A DNA stretch of 64,000 nucleotides from the IMG/VR virus record IMGVR_UViG_3300020577_011395, positions 65,046 to 129,045 of that record; one strand, written 5' to 3'. The DNA comes from a virus (Duplodnaviria > Caudoviricetes). The notes beneath the pieces are model-generated. The model searched no databases. It worked only from the letters and a program-made list of their open reading frames with translations, and was not told where the DNA came from. The translations under genes and the position numbers were made by a program. This document shows, piece after piece, positions 48,781 through 59,162 of this stretch (position 1 is its first letter; the number at the start of each line of letters is the position of its first letter).

Positions 48781-51700
48781 ATGAAACTTTTACATCTAGC
48801 AGATACGCACTTATTGAATCTTAAGAGACATGATGAGTTTAAGGCTGTTTTTAACGAAATTTACAGAATTGCCAAGGAAGAAAAAGTAGATGTCATCGTT
48901 CATTGCGGTGATATTGCTCATACTAAAACACAAATAAGCCCAGAATTTGTTGAAATGGCAGGAGATTTCTTTAAAAATCTACAAGATATAGCACCAACTT
49001 ATATTATTTTAGGTAATCATGACACAAATCTTAAAAATGATTCTAGACAGGATGCTATAACACCAATTATTAAAGCATTGAACTTAAAAAATCTTCATCT
49101 TTTAAAATATTCTGGTGAGGTTTATGTAAATGAGCTAATAAACTTTAATGTTTTGAGTAGAATTGATGAGACTAAATGGAAAAAGCCTACAAATAAAGAT
49201 AAAATAAATATAGCTCTTTATCACGGTGCCATTTCTGGAGCTAAAACAGATACTGGGTACATTTTAGAGAACGGCGAGCATAATATTGATGCCCTAGAAG
49301 GACACGATTTCGCATTTCTTGGAGATATACACCAATCAAATCAAATACTTGATGCAGACGGCAGAGTAAGATACCCAGGTTCAACTGTACAAGGTAACTT
49401 TGGTGAATTCGATGATAAAGGATTTTTAATTTGGGATATCAAATCTAAAGATATTTTTGACTGTAAACATCATATTATTCCAAATCCAAAGCCATATGTT
49501 TCTATAGAACTAAACGAAGACGGTAACCTGCCAGATTTTAATATTAAAAAAGGTTCTAGAGTAAGATTACTCGGTGATAAAACTGTTCCTCTTGAAAAAA
49601 GTAAGAAAGCAATAGACATTATAAAAACATTTGAGCCTGAAAGTGTCACATATGTAAATAAATCTAAAGCTAAAGATATTAAAAATCCCATAACTGGTGG
49701 TGTTAACAACGAGAACTTAAGAGATCTTGCTGTTCAAGAACGCTTGATCAAAGATTATCTAAAAGACTATAAACCAAAAGAAGAAACTATTACAAAAGTT
49801 CTTGAACTAAACAAGAAGTATTCTTCAGTTATCGAAGAAACAGATGAAATTTACAGAAATATCAAGTGGAAGCTAAAATCTCTTGAATGGGATAATCTTT
49901 TTAACTATGCTGATGGCAATAAGATTAACTTTGAAAAACTAAATGGTATTGTTGGTATATTTGGAAAAAACTATAGTGGTAAATCATCTATAGTTGATTC
50001 TATTCTATATACTACATTCAATACAACCTCTAAAAACAATAGAAAAAATTTAAATGTCATAAATCAAAATAAAGAAAAAGGCTTCGGACGTATGGAAGTT
50101 GATATTAACGGCGAAACATACTCAATTGAAAGAGAATCTACAAAATATACTAAGAAAACTAAAGGTGTTGAAATAACAGAAGCAAAAACAGAAGTAGAAT
50201 TTACTAGTGATGCAGGCTCTCTAAACGGTCTTGCTAGAACAGACACAGACAAAACAATAAGAAAGTATTTTGGTAATGTTGACGACTTCTTCTTGACTTC
50301 GATGTCATCTCAGTTTGGTTATTTATCATTTATCAGCGAAGGTTCTACAAAAAGAAAAGAAATCCTTGCTAAATTTTTAGATCTCGAAACATTTGAAAAG
50401 AAATTCAAATTAGCAAAAGAAGAAAGTGCTGAGATTAAGGCGCTTTTAAAAAAATTAGAAAGTAATGAAACTATCGCAGAAGATATAAAAAATGCAAAAA
50501 TTGAAGTTACTGATGTTGAAGCGTTAATCAATAAGAACAATAAAGAGCTTATCGATTTAAAGAATACTTTAAGCGAAAAACTTAAAGAGCTAGATGAGAT
50601 TACAGAAGTTTTGAAAAGGACACCAACAAAAATTTTAGATATTAAAAAATTAAAAGAATCATATAATAAATTTGTAGAGTTAGAATCTTCACTTAAACAA
50701 CAAAACTCTAATATAATAGAAGAAAATAAAAAAATGGTTACACTTATCAAAAAATGTGATGAATTTTTAAATTTATTAGATGAAAAAGAGATAAGAGATC
50801 TTGGTATAGAAAGTAATACCCTAGAATCATTAATAAAAAAACTAGAATTAGAAGTTTTTAATATTGAAAATAACTATAAGACTTCTTCTCATAAAATGAA
50901 GTTACTAGACGAAGTGCCGTGCGGTAATGAATACCCAACATGTAAATTTATCAAAGACGCCTTCTCAGCAAAAAAAGGTAATGCTGTATTAAAAAATAAT
51001 TTAGAAAAGAATAAAGATTTATTAGAACAACACAATAAAAGATTTGAAATAGTGCATGAATCCTTTACAGATAAAATTGCAAAGAAAAATCAAATTACAA
51101 AAAAGAAAGCCGATTCGGAGCAGACGTTAAAACTTAATGAATTAATATTAGAAAAGAATTTATTGAATTTAGAAAAAGTCAGTTTGCAAATACAAGAGTT
51201 CTTAGCATCTCTAGAAGAACAAGAAAAAAATACAACTGCAATAAATCAGTTTCATGAAAATGAGAATAAACAACAAAATATTCTTGTAGAAGCAAATATT
51301 ATTAAAAATAATATAAAGCAAATTGAAGATTCAAGTATCGTGTTATACAAGCGTCATGGTTCTGCAACAGAAAAAATTCTTTTATTAGAAAAACAAAAAG
51401 AAGAAACAGAAAAACTTAGAACTGAATTTACTGCATATGACCTTTATTTAAAGTGTATGCATCCAAATGGCATTTCTTATGAAATTATAAAAAAGAAATT
51501 ACCTGAAATAAACAGCGAAATAACAAAAATATTAAATAATATTGTAAACTTTAATGTATCTCTAGAAAACGACGAAGATAAGCTAGACATTATGATAAAG
51601 CACCCTAATTTCGAGGCTAGGCCTTTAGAAATGGGTTCTGGTGCAGAAAAGACACTTGCGTCTACAGCTATAAGGTTGGCTCTGATTAGTGTAACATCAC

Positions 51701-51906
51701 TACCAGTTTCTGACATTTTCATCCTAGACGAACCAGGCACAGCGTTAGACCAAGAAAATCTAGATGGCTTTGTAAGGATTCTAGAACTAATTAAGACATA
51801 CTTCAAGACTGTGATATTAATTTCGCATCTTGATTATTTGAAAGACTGTGTCGATACACAAATAACTATCGAGAAAAGAGATGGCTATGCCTACGTAAAC
51901 CAATAG
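48781..51906 (+). CDS. Fused Mre11(SbcD)-Rad50(SbcC) nuclease/ATPase (T4 gp47+gp46 analogue)
   Basis: DTH, CGDI.H, GNHD and LGDIH phosphoesterase motifs; Walker A GKNYSGKSS, Q-loop, coiled coil, signature GSGAEK, Walker B ILDEP, ISH. GGAG RBS before ATG 48781. Confidence 0.93.
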   Translation: MKLLHLADTHLLNLKRHDEFKAVFNEIYRIAKEEKVDVIVHCGDIAHTKTQISPEFVEMAGDFFKNLQDIAPTYIILGNHDTNLKNDSRQDAITPIIKALNLKNLHLLKYSGEVYVNELINFNVLSRIDETKWKKPTNKDKINIALYHGAISGAKTDTGYILENGEHNIDALEGHDFAFLGDIHQSNQILDADGRVRYPGSTVQGNFGEFDDKGFLIWDIKSKDIFDCKHHIIPNPKPYVSIELNEDGNLPDFNIKKGSRVRLLGDKTVPLEKSKKAIDIIKTFEPESVTYVNKSKAKDIKNPITGGVNNENLRDLAVQERLIKDYLKDYKPKEETITKVLELNKKYSSVIEETDEIYRNIKWKLKSLEWDNLFNYADGNKINFEKLNGIVGIFGKNYSGKSSIVDSILYTTFNTTSKNNRKNLNVINQNKEKGFGRMEVDINGETYSIERESTKYTKKTKGVEITEAKTEVEFTSDAGSLNGLARTDTDKTIRKYFGNVDDFFLTSMSSQFGYLSFISEGSTKRKEILAKFLDLETFEKKFKLAKEESAEIKALLKKLESNETIAEDIKNAKIEVTDVEALINKNNKELIDLKNTLSEKLKELDEITEVLKRTPTKILDIKKLKESYNKFVELESSLKQQNSNIIEENKKMVTLIKKCDEFLNLLDEKEIRDLGIESNTLESLIKKLELEVFNIENNYKTSSHKMKLLDEVPCGNEYPTCKFIKDAFSAKKGNAVLKNNLEKNKDLLEQHNKRFEIVHESFTDKIAKKNQITKKKADSEQTLKLNELILEKNLLNLEKVSLQIQEFLASLEEQEKNTTAINQFHENENKQQNILVEANIIKNNIKQIEDSSIVLYKRHGSATEKILLLEKQKEETEKLRTEFTAYDLYLKCMHPNGISYEIIKKKLPEINSEITKILNNIVNFNVSLENDEDKLDIMIKHPNFEARPLEMGSGAEKTLASTAIRLALISVTSLPVSDIFILDEPGTALDQENLDGFVRILELIKTYFKTVILISHLDYLKDCVDTQITIEKRDGYAYVNQ

Positions 51907-51916
51907 GAGAATTACA

Positions 51917-52165
51917 ATGGATGTTTTAGAAGAACTAAAAAAAGAAGTGGAGGAAGAAATGAAAGAGAAAGAAAATGATCGTGGCGTTCTTGATATCTTG
52001 TTACAAAAGACAATATCAAGAAAATTAATAGTATGGATAGCAGCAACTGTGTTCCTTGCAAAAGGAACAATTAGTGCAGACGAATGGTCTGCAATATCAA
52101 TGGGTTATATTGGAATAGAAGGTTTTGTTGACCTAGCAACTAGGTGGAAAGCGGCCAGTAAATAA
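51917..52165 (+). CDS. Small membrane protein, holin-like
   Basis: SRKLIVW followed by two hydrophobic helices. Confidence 0.45.
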   Translation: MDVLEELKKEVEEEMKEKENDRGVLDILLQKTISRKLIVWIAATVFLAKGTISADEWSAISMGYIGIEGFVDLATRWKAASK

Positions 52166-52527
52166 TGTTACAAAAGATAAAAGATTTTTTTAATAATTCT
52201 AAAAAATGGATTGTTCTTGCAATAATTGGTATTCTAGGTCTAATTGGCTTATGGGTACAGAAAGTTCGTGAACAAAGTGTTCCAGAAGAAAAACGCTTGA
52301 AGGATTTAAAAGAGAAAGAAGAGCTTTTAGAGCAGACAAGGAAAGCTCGCGAAGATGCTATATTAGCTGAAAAACGAGCATCAGATGCAAAGGCTCACGC
52401 AGAGGCTTTGAAAGAAAAAATTCATCTTGCAAAATTGGCCAGAGAGAATGAACCAGCTTTCAAAAAAGAACTCGAAACTCAGCTTGGTCTAAAAGAAAAG
52501 AAAAAGAAGGGAAGGCCAAAGAAATAA
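52165..52527 (+). CDS. Membrane-anchored coiled-coil protein (i-spanin-like)
   Basis: N-terminal TM, long charged coiled coil, basic tail. Confidence 0.45.
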   Translation: MLQKIKDFFNNSKKWIVLAIIGILGLIGLWVQKVREQSVPEEKRLKDLKEKEELLEQTRKAREDAILAEKRASDAKAHAEALKEKIHLAKLARENEPAFKKELETQLGLKEKKKKGRPKK

Positions 52528-52940
52528 TGATTATTAAAAAAACCATTGCTCTGATAATACTGCTAATAACTTTAGCGGTGCGGCCTTCTATTGCTCAAGA
52601 ATCTGAGGAAGAAGGAGATTACACTGTTCTTATAAAGGGTGAAGTTGCCCCACATGATGGTTACTTACTAACTAAAGACGCTCTAATAGATCTTACTATA
52701 AGAACAAGTACTAAGATAGAACTACTAAAGAACGAAAAAGATACAGAAAAGAACATAATAAAGAACAACTTAGAGACAGAACTAAAAAAGAAAGATCTTA
52801 AAGTAGAGAGTTTAGAGATAAGAAATAAAGAACTAGAAAAGAAAGTATTTCTCTCAGAAATCTCAGTTCCAGTTACTGCCATAATAACAACAGCAATAAT
52901 GTTAGGTTTATTTTATGCATCTGTTCAAATAGCGAGATAA
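52527..52940 (+). CDS. Signal peptide + coiled coil + C-terminal TM protein (spanin-like)
   Basis: Signal peptide ending SIA, G..AP.DG.LL motif, coiled coil, C-terminal hydrophobic helix; no lipobox Cys. Confidence 0.45.
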   Translation: MIIKKTIALIILLITLAVRPSIAQESEEEGDYTVLIKGEVAPHDGYLLTKDALIDLTIRTSTKIELLKNEKDTEKNIIKNNLETELKKKDLKVESLEIRNKELEKKVFLSEISVPVTAIITTAIMLGLFYASVQIAR

Positions 52941-52941
52941 A

Positions 52942-53292
52942 ATGAAAAAAGACATGAACTATATTCAGGCTCTTGAAAAAGCCGTTAAAGAGAAATTTGG
53001 TGAAGAAACAACTCTAAACCCAAAGCAACTATGGAACGAAGAAAAAGAAAAAGAGTTTGTAGCCCAACAGAAAGAGTTCCTTAAAAAAACCTCGAACAGT
53101 GATAAAACAAGAGAAAAAGTAGAGGTAGATGGAGTTTTATTGCCTAAGAAACTACTTAATAAAAGTGTTAATAGGGTTTGTTCTAGTTGTAACAAATATT
53201 CTTTTAATAAAAAAGATGATATTTACATGATAAAATATAATGCTTGCTACAGATGTTTTATGTGCAAGCCAGAGGATAAAATAGATGGCTAG
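52942..53292 (+). CDS. Hypothetical zinc-binding protein
   Basis: CSSC...CYRC. Confidence 0.65.
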   Translation: MKKDMNYIQALEKAVKEKFGEETTLNPKQLWNEEKEKEFVAQQKEFLKKTSNSDKTREKVEVDGVLLPKKLLNKSVNRVCSSCNKYSFNKKDDIYMIKYNACYRCFMCKPEDKIDG

Positions 53293-53800
53293 CGTTTTGG
53301 AAGTAATCACAGGAATTTCACAGGCAATATCTAGTAAACATGAAGGTGGTGTTGCCTTCGGTCTCAAAAGAGAAACTGAGCAGCTATTACAAGGTGTTTC
53401 TATCTATGATCCAAGAGTCATGGACGGCTTTGGAGTTCAGTATCAAGGTGATAGATTGATACTGAAATATCACAGTGAAATGCCGCTTGTAAAAGTACAC
53501 GACAAGAACTTTGAAACTGATATTAGACAAACAATGAAAGATATCACTAGACACATAAAAGAAGAATATCGTAGGTGTACAAGAAAAGCCTTGAATCTTA
53601 TTGAGCAAGGTGATGTACAAATCATGGTACAAACTGCTAATAGAAGAACTTGTTACGTTAATGCGGTGCAAGTATTTAAAATAAGTGATCTTTCTATAGA
53701 GTCTGGTGAAAACGCTACTGAGAAAAAAGTCTTTGACAGCCAACAAGATCTTCTCTCAGACATCTCTAAAAGATGGCTTATGAATGTAAAAAGTAAATAA
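53285..53800 (+). CDS. Hypothetical protein upstream of terminase
   Basis: Coupled ORF with GAGGAT RBS. Confidence 0.65.
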   Translation: MASVLEVITGISQAISSKHEGGVAFGLKRETEQLLQGVSIYDPRVMDGFGVQYQGDRLILKYHSEMPLVKVHDKNFETDIRQTMKDITRHIKEEYRRCTRKALNLIEQGDVQIMVQTANRRTCYVNAVQVFKISDLSIESGENATEKKVFDSQQDLLSDISKRWLMNVKSK

Positions 53801-53811
53801 AGGGTTGTTCT

Positions 53812-55395
53812 ATGGCTTATAAGTTAAGTAAAGAAGAGATGAAGAATGAGATCTTACGTTGTGGTAAGGATCCTTCGTATTTTCTTGATAATTATGCGAA
53901 AATAACTCATCAAGAGAGAGGTATTATTCCGTTTAGAACTTATAACTTCCAGAAGCAACTATTAAAAGATTTTCATGATAATCGTTTTAACATCATCCTA
54001 AAAGCTCGTCAGCTTGGTATTTCAACTATTGTTGCTGGTTATGTTGCTTGGATGATGCTTTTTTATAAAGAAAAAAACGTACTAGTAATGGCCACCAAGC
54101 AGAATACTGCTATTGAAATAGTTGATAAGGTAAGAGATATAGTTGATTCTGTTCCAGAATTTCTAAAGATTGCCAAAGTAACTACAAATAACAGAACAAA
54201 ATTTGAACTAAGCAACGGTTCAAAGATTCAAGGAACTCCAACTTCAAAAGATGCTGGCCGTGGTCAAGCTCTTTCACTATTGATTATAGACGAAGCTGCG
54301 TTCGTTGAGGACATGGATGACCTTTGGACTGGCTTGATCCCTACTATTTCAACTGGAGGTCGCTGTATCGCTTTAAGCACACCTTTTGGTGTTGGTAACT
54401 GGTTCCACAAAACTTATATAGATGCAGAGGTTGGTGCCAATAACTTTAAGCCGACTAGACTTCCTTGGTCAGTCCATCCAGAATATACTAAGCAATGGTT
54501 TGACAATATTACTAAAAATATGTCTAAGCGTGAAGTTGCACAAGAATTTCAGTGCAACTTTAATGCTTCTGGTGATACTGTAATAAATTCAGAAGACTCT
54601 GATTACTATAAAAAAATGGTTTCTGAGCCAAAATACAGAACATATCTAGATAGAAACCTGCACATATGGAAACCTTTTGAAAATGGTGGTTCATATTTGA
54701 TTTCAGCAGACGTTGCAAGAGGCGACGGTAAGGACTTTTCTGTTTTTCACGTTCTAAACGTTAAAGACATGGAACAAGTTGCTGAGTATCAAGGAAAATT
54801 AGACCCAGACAACTTTGCTAAGCTACTTTATGATACTGGTATGGAGTACGGCGGTTGTCTTATGGCAGTAGAAAACAACAATATTGGATTTTCTGTTATT
54901 TCTAAATTAGTTGACGCCAGATACCCAAATATTTATTACAGTTCTAAATCAATAAGCGAATTTATGAATGATAATGCTGACTCTATAGCTCAATATGCTA
55001 ATGGAGTACCAGGATTTACAACAACTATGAAAACAAGACCACTCGTAGTTGCAAAATTAGATGAATTTATGAGAAATAAAGTAGTTAAAATAAATTCCCT
55101 AAGAACAATGAATGAAATTGATACTTTTATTTGGAATAATGGCCGTCCAGAGGCACAAAGAGGCTATAATGACGATCTTATAATGTCTCTTGCTATTGGA
55201 TGTTGGGTTAGAGACACGGCAGTGATTAACAACCAGAGAAATTTAGAGTATTCTAAGGCATTCTTAGGTGCAATCTCAACAAATAGAAGCACCATAAATA
55301 CCAGCATAAACGGTATGATTGGTTATGAATATAAACAAAAAGTTCATAAAGAGCAAGAGTTGGCCAAACAATTTGGCTGGCTTATGAAGGGTTAA
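53812..55395 (+). CDS. terL: Terminase large subunit (T4 gp17-like)
   Basis: Q motif YNFQ, Walker A KARQLGIST, Walker B LLIIDEAAF, STP.G, nuclease ADVARGDGKDFS and NDDLIM. Confidence 0.95.
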   Translation: MAYKLSKEEMKNEILRCGKDPSYFLDNYAKITHQERGIIPFRTYNFQKQLLKDFHDNRFNIILKARQLGISTIVAGYVAWMMLFYKEKNVLVMATKQNTAIEIVDKVRDIVDSVPEFLKIAKVTTNNRTKFELSNGSKIQGTPTSKDAGRGQALSLLIIDEAAFVEDMDDLWTGLIPTISTGGRCIALSTPFGVGNWFHKTYIDAEVGANNFKPTRLPWSVHPEYTKQWFDNITKNMSKREVAQEFQCNFNASGDTVINSEDSDYYKKMVSEPKYRTYLDRNLHIWKPFENGGSYLISADVARGDGKDFSVFHVLNVKDMEQVAEYQGKLDPDNFAKLLYDTGMEYGGCLMAVENNNIGFSVISKLVDARYPNIYYSSKSISEFMNDNADSIAQYANGVPGFTTTMKTRPLVVAKLDEFMRNKVVKINSLRTMNEIDTFIWNNGRPEAQRGYNDDLIMSLAIGCWVRDTAVINNQRNLEYSKAFLGAISTNRSTINTSINGMIGYEYKQKVHKEQELAKQFGWLMKG

Positions 55396-55398
55396 AAA

Positions 55399-57375
55399 AT
55401 GGCGCAAGGAAGAAATAGCAATAGAAATTATACTGGTAGAAGTGTTTTAGCTAGAGATAATCCAAAGAATAACGATTCGCCTTTGTATTTGGCACTTACT
55501 CGTCTTTTCTCTGGACCTTTAGCAAATTATCGTCAACAAGCGCAGCTTAGATTTAAGAGAAGAGATTTAGATCGCTTTAAATTTACTTCAGCTTCAGGTA
55601 AAAGCTTCCAAAAGAAAAGCTATAATCCGTTTGAAGCCATCCAAAGTAATATGATGGCGAATCAAAGTCGTGCAGAACGCTATAGTGACTTTGATCAGAT
55701 GGAATTTACTGGCGAAATTGCTTCCGCTCTTGATATCTATTCAGATGAGATAACAACAAGTAATTTATATCGTCCTCTATTAACAATTGATTGTAGAAAT
55801 GAAGAAATTAAATCAGTTCTTGAAGCTTTATTCTATAAAACTTTGAATATTGAACAAAATCTCTATGGCTGGGCTAGAACTATGGTCAAGTTTGGAGATT
55901 TTTTCTTGTATTTAGACATAGATGAGAAGTTAGGAATCAAGAAAACTCTTGGTTTGCCAACGCCGGAGGTTGAAAGGCTTGAAGGGGAGGATGATTCTAA
56001 TCCAAACTATGTACAATTTCAATGGAATACAGCTGGATTAACCTTTGAAAACTGGCAAATAGCACATTTTAGAATTTTAGGACAAGATAAGTATAGTCCA
56101 TACGGAACTTCTATATTAGAACCAGCTAGAAGAATCTGGCGTCAATTAAATTTGTTAGAAGACGCGATGATGGCATATCGTATAGTGCGTGCGCCAGATA
56201 GAAGAGTGTTTTATATTGATGTTGGTAACGTTCCGCCCAACGATGTAGAACAATTTATGAATAAAATCATCACACAGATGAAAAGAAACCAAATAGTTGA
56301 TCCAAACACTGGCCGAGTAGACTTAAGGTATAATCCAATGTCTATTGACGAAGACTATTTCATTCCAACAAGAGGCCCACAGACAGGAACAAAGATTGAT
56401 ACACTTGCTGGCGGTAGTTTCGTTGGAGATATTGATGACGTTAAATATCTAAGAGATAAACTAGTCTCTGCGCTTAAAATTCCACAGGCTTATTTAGCTA
56501 GAGGCGAGGGTGCTGCAGAAGATAAGACAATGCTAGCCCAAAAAGATATTAGATTTGCTAGAACAATTCAAAGATTACAGAGAATTATGGTCAGTGAATT
56601 AGAAAAAATTGGCACAATTCATCTTTATACGCTAGGATTTAGAAATGAAGACTTACTAAAGTTTAAATTAAGACTTCATAATCCTTCTAAGCTTGCCGAA
56701 CTACAAGAGTTAGAGCATTTAGATAAACAATTATCTGTTGCTGGAGCTGCTAGAGAAAACGGTTATAGTAAGCATTGGATCTTTGAGAATATATTGAAAC
56801 ACTCAGATCAAGAATTCCAGAGAATTCAACGCGAGTTAACTTACGATGCAACATTTAATCGTTCTATAGAGTCTATTGCAACCCCTCCAGAACAAGGTGG
56901 AACGAGTGGCGGTCTTGGCGATATGGGAGATACTCCAAATATACCAGCATTTGGAGCAGAAATACCTAAAACTGGCGAAGAAGCACCTCCAGAAGCATCT
57001 GGAGAAACTGGAAAGGGGACACCTCTACTTTCAGCACCAGCAAAAAGAGATGATAATGGCTATAGCGCAAGGCATGATCATGCATACCAGCCAGTTGCTT
57101 CTTCTCAAAACTCATCTGGTGCTAGAAAACGTCAACTATCATCAAGAAGCGGACACCATATTGCTTCTGGAAGTGGAACGAGCTTCTTACCTGGTTCCAA
57201 ACAGCTGAGAAGCATTGGTAGAGGGTTAACAGAATCTCAAGAAGCTCAAGAAGAACAAATATATGATAAAGATGAAGCACTATTGTTAGAAGTTGAAGAA
57301 AAATTAAAAAATTTAGATAATTTCTTTTCTAAAAAGAAGACATTAATCGGAGAATCAAAAGATGAAACACAATAA
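55399..57375 (+). CDS. Portal protein (T4 gp20-like)
   Basis: LEDAMMAYRIVRAPDRRVFYIDVGN.PP, EDYFIP.R, IDTL.GG, IDDVKY...KL..AL.IP, DIRFAR.I.RLQ. Confidence 0.94.
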   Translation: MAQGRNSNRNYTGRSVLARDNPKNNDSPLYLALTRLFSGPLANYRQQAQLRFKRRDLDRFKFTSASGKSFQKKSYNPFEAIQSNMMANQSRAERYSDFDQMEFTGEIASALDIYSDEITTSNLYRPLLTIDCRNEEIKSVLEALFYKTLNIEQNLYGWARTMVKFGDFFLYLDIDEKLGIKKTLGLPTPEVERLEGEDDSNPNYVQFQWNTAGLTFENWQIAHFRILGQDKYSPYGTSILEPARRIWRQLNLLEDAMMAYRIVRAPDRRVFYIDVGNVPPNDVEQFMNKIITQMKRNQIVDPNTGRVDLRYNPMSIDEDYFIPTRGPQTGTKIDTLAGGSFVGDIDDVKYLRDKLVSALKIPQAYLARGEGAAEDKTMLAQKDIRFARTIQRLQRIMVSELEKIGTIHLYTLGFRNEDLLKFKLRLHNPSKLAELQELEHLDKQLSVAGAARENGYSKHWIFENILKHSDQEFQRIQRELTYDATFNRSIESIATPPEQGGTSGGLGDMGDTPNIPAFGAEIPKTGEEAPPEASGETGKGTPLLSAPAKRDDNGYSARHDHAYQPVASSQNSSGARKRQLSSRSGHHIASGSGTSFLPGSKQLRSIGRGLTESQEAQEEQIYDKDEALLLEVEEKLKNLDNFFSKKKTLIGESKDETQ

Positions 57376-58177
57376 AAAGCGCAATACCGCATTTCTTTAT
57401 GAAGTTCTCCTGAGAGAAGGCACAAAAGCAGCCATTTCTAAAGATTTTGAAAGAGTTAAAAAGGTTAAAACTATTATTCTTGAAAACTTTAACCCATCTT
57501 CTTGGCTACGTAACGAGCTTTCTCTATACCAGTCATTGGAAACTAGTAGTGTTGAGCCTAATCTTGCAGAAAAGTTTGTTAAAGAAGTAGAATCTAGATA
57601 TGAAAAGCTAGATAAAAAGAAAATCTTTGATGAGCAAACTAAACTTATAAATCAAATCAATAAGCAATTAGGCGTTCAGATCTACGATTCTTTTATACCT
57701 AATTATAAAGACATTGCATCAGTATCGCAGATCTTTAATCCTGCTACTCCTATTAAAGAAAAGCTACTTCTAGAGCAGACAATTGTTGAAAAAATAAAAA
57801 TTCAAGAAGATAAACCGGCTAAAACATCTTTAGTACCGATGGATAATTTGATTTATAAGACATTTAGCAATAAATTTAATGAAAAATATAGTTCTCTTCT
57901 AAAGGAACAAAAAGATCTATTGACAAAATATGTAAGTTCATTTTCAAACGATGGTTATGAACTTAAGATTTTTTTAAATGAAGAATTAGAAAGACTCAAG
58001 AAAGAAGTTGAAGTTGCGCTTACTAAAGAAGAAATTAAAAGTGACCCAAGAATGGTCGAAAAGACACAAAAAACTGTTGATTTCTTGAAGAGTTTTAGAG
58101 AAGCAAGAGAAATATCTCACGAAATGTTACAGAAAGTACTAAAAGTACAGCAGTTTGTTCATGAGGTCAATATTTAA
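57362..58177 (+). CDS. Hypothetical head-module protein
   Basis: MKHNKKRNT..LYE.L N-terminus; directly follows the portal gene. Confidence 0.7.
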   Translation: MKHNKKRNTAFLYEVLLREGTKAAISKDFERVKKVKTIILENFNPSSWLRNELSLYQSLETSSVEPNLAEKFVKEVESRYEKLDKKKIFDEQTKLINQINKQLGVQIYDSFIPNYKDIASVSQIFNPATPIKEKLLLEQTIVEKIKIQEDKPAKTSLVPMDNLIYKTFSNKFNEKYSSLLKEQKDLLTKYVSSFSNDGYELKIFLNEELERLKKEVEVALTKEEIKSDPRMVEKTQKTVDFLKSFREAREISHEMLQKVLKVQQFVHEVNI

Positions 58178-58701
58178 TGTTAAAAATTTTTGTAAATGAT
58201 AAAAAAACAAAAATCCGCAAAGAGGTTCAACTAGTAAAGACTCTTAACGGCGATTATGTTTTAAAAGAACATCCAGATATAGATATTATTGTGATGCCTG
58301 CAAAAAACAAAATTCTTGCTCTTCCAAAAGAAGAGTATAGTGATAAAGTTTATAGCATCCAAGATCAATTATTCTCTTTTCTTTCTAAAAAAGGCGTAAT
58401 CCTACCAGAGAGTATAAGTGGTGGTAATATTTATGGTTCTCTTCAAGCTTTGTATCCACAAGACCCGCCAGGTGGTGAGAATCCTTTAGAGGTTGTGGTG
58501 TTCACTGCTGCTTCTTTTATTGAACAACAAAGACCGATCTTTAAATTTGAAAAAGAGTTTGAAGATAAAATGGAAAATTCTCTTTTGCTTCCAGATGTTG
58601 AAGCTTCTACTGAGCTTGGTGAAGTGCCACAAGAACAAATTAAAGGTTCAATTCCTAAACAGGGGTTCCCAACTCGTGGGATTTATAGATACAATTATTA
58701 A
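58177..58701 (+). CDS. Hypothetical protein
   Basis: TAATG-coupled ORF. Confidence 0.7.
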   Translation: MLKIFVNDKKTKIRKEVQLVKTLNGDYVLKEHPDIDIIVMPAKNKILALPKEEYSDKVYSIQDQLFSFLSKKGVILPESISGGNIYGSLQALYPQDPPGGENPLEVVVFTAASFIEQQRPIFKFEKEFEDKMENSLLLPDVEASTELGEVPQEQIKGSIPKQGFPTRGIYRYNY

Positions 58702-58712
58702 AGGAGTATAGT

Positions 58713-59162
58713 ATGAAAATAAAAAAATCACAACTAGAAACACTTATCAAAGAAGAGTTAAATAGTTTAGATGAAGTTAGTTTATCGCAATTAAAAGCTG
58801 GTGCTTCTGCTGGTTTGAAAGGTCTTGGTAGTTCTATAAAAAATGCTGTTGGTGCTCAAGTTAATAAAGCTTCTACTGCTTTTACAAATGCTGGTGCAGC
58901 TGAACAAAAACAGCAAGCTAAAAAGAATCTAACAGTTGGGCTTGAGAAAGTAAAAACCAAAACAAAAGAATTGTTAGATGTTGCTTTATCTGTTGATTCT
59001 ATTTCTAAAAATCTGTCAGATAAATTTCAAGATGGTACAACAAGACCATTTGATATTTCTTCACTATTAGATTCCATCTACAGAGTAAATTCTGTAGTAG
59101 AACAAATTAAAAAAGATCTAGAAGTTGGTCATCTTGCAGAAAAGAAAGGTTCAGACTCTTGA
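58713..59162 (+). CDS. Hypothetical (possibly head-internal) protein, MKIKKSQLETLIKEEL N-terminus
   Basis: AAGGAG RBS; shared N-terminal motif. Confidence 0.7.
   Translation: MKIKKSQLETLIKEELNSLDEVSLSQLKAGASAGLKGLGSSIKNAVGAQVNKASTAFTNAGAAEQKQQAKKNLTVGLEKVKTKTKELLDVALSVDSISKNLSDKFQDGTTRPFDISSLLDSIYRVNSVVEQIKKDLEVGHLAEKKGSDS

Noticed and set aside
5911-58711. Nested + strand alternative-frame ORFs (5911, 6349, 27903, 46113, 56876, 58493)
   Set aside because: They are short, lie inside conserved genes, and have no convincing RBS or motifs.
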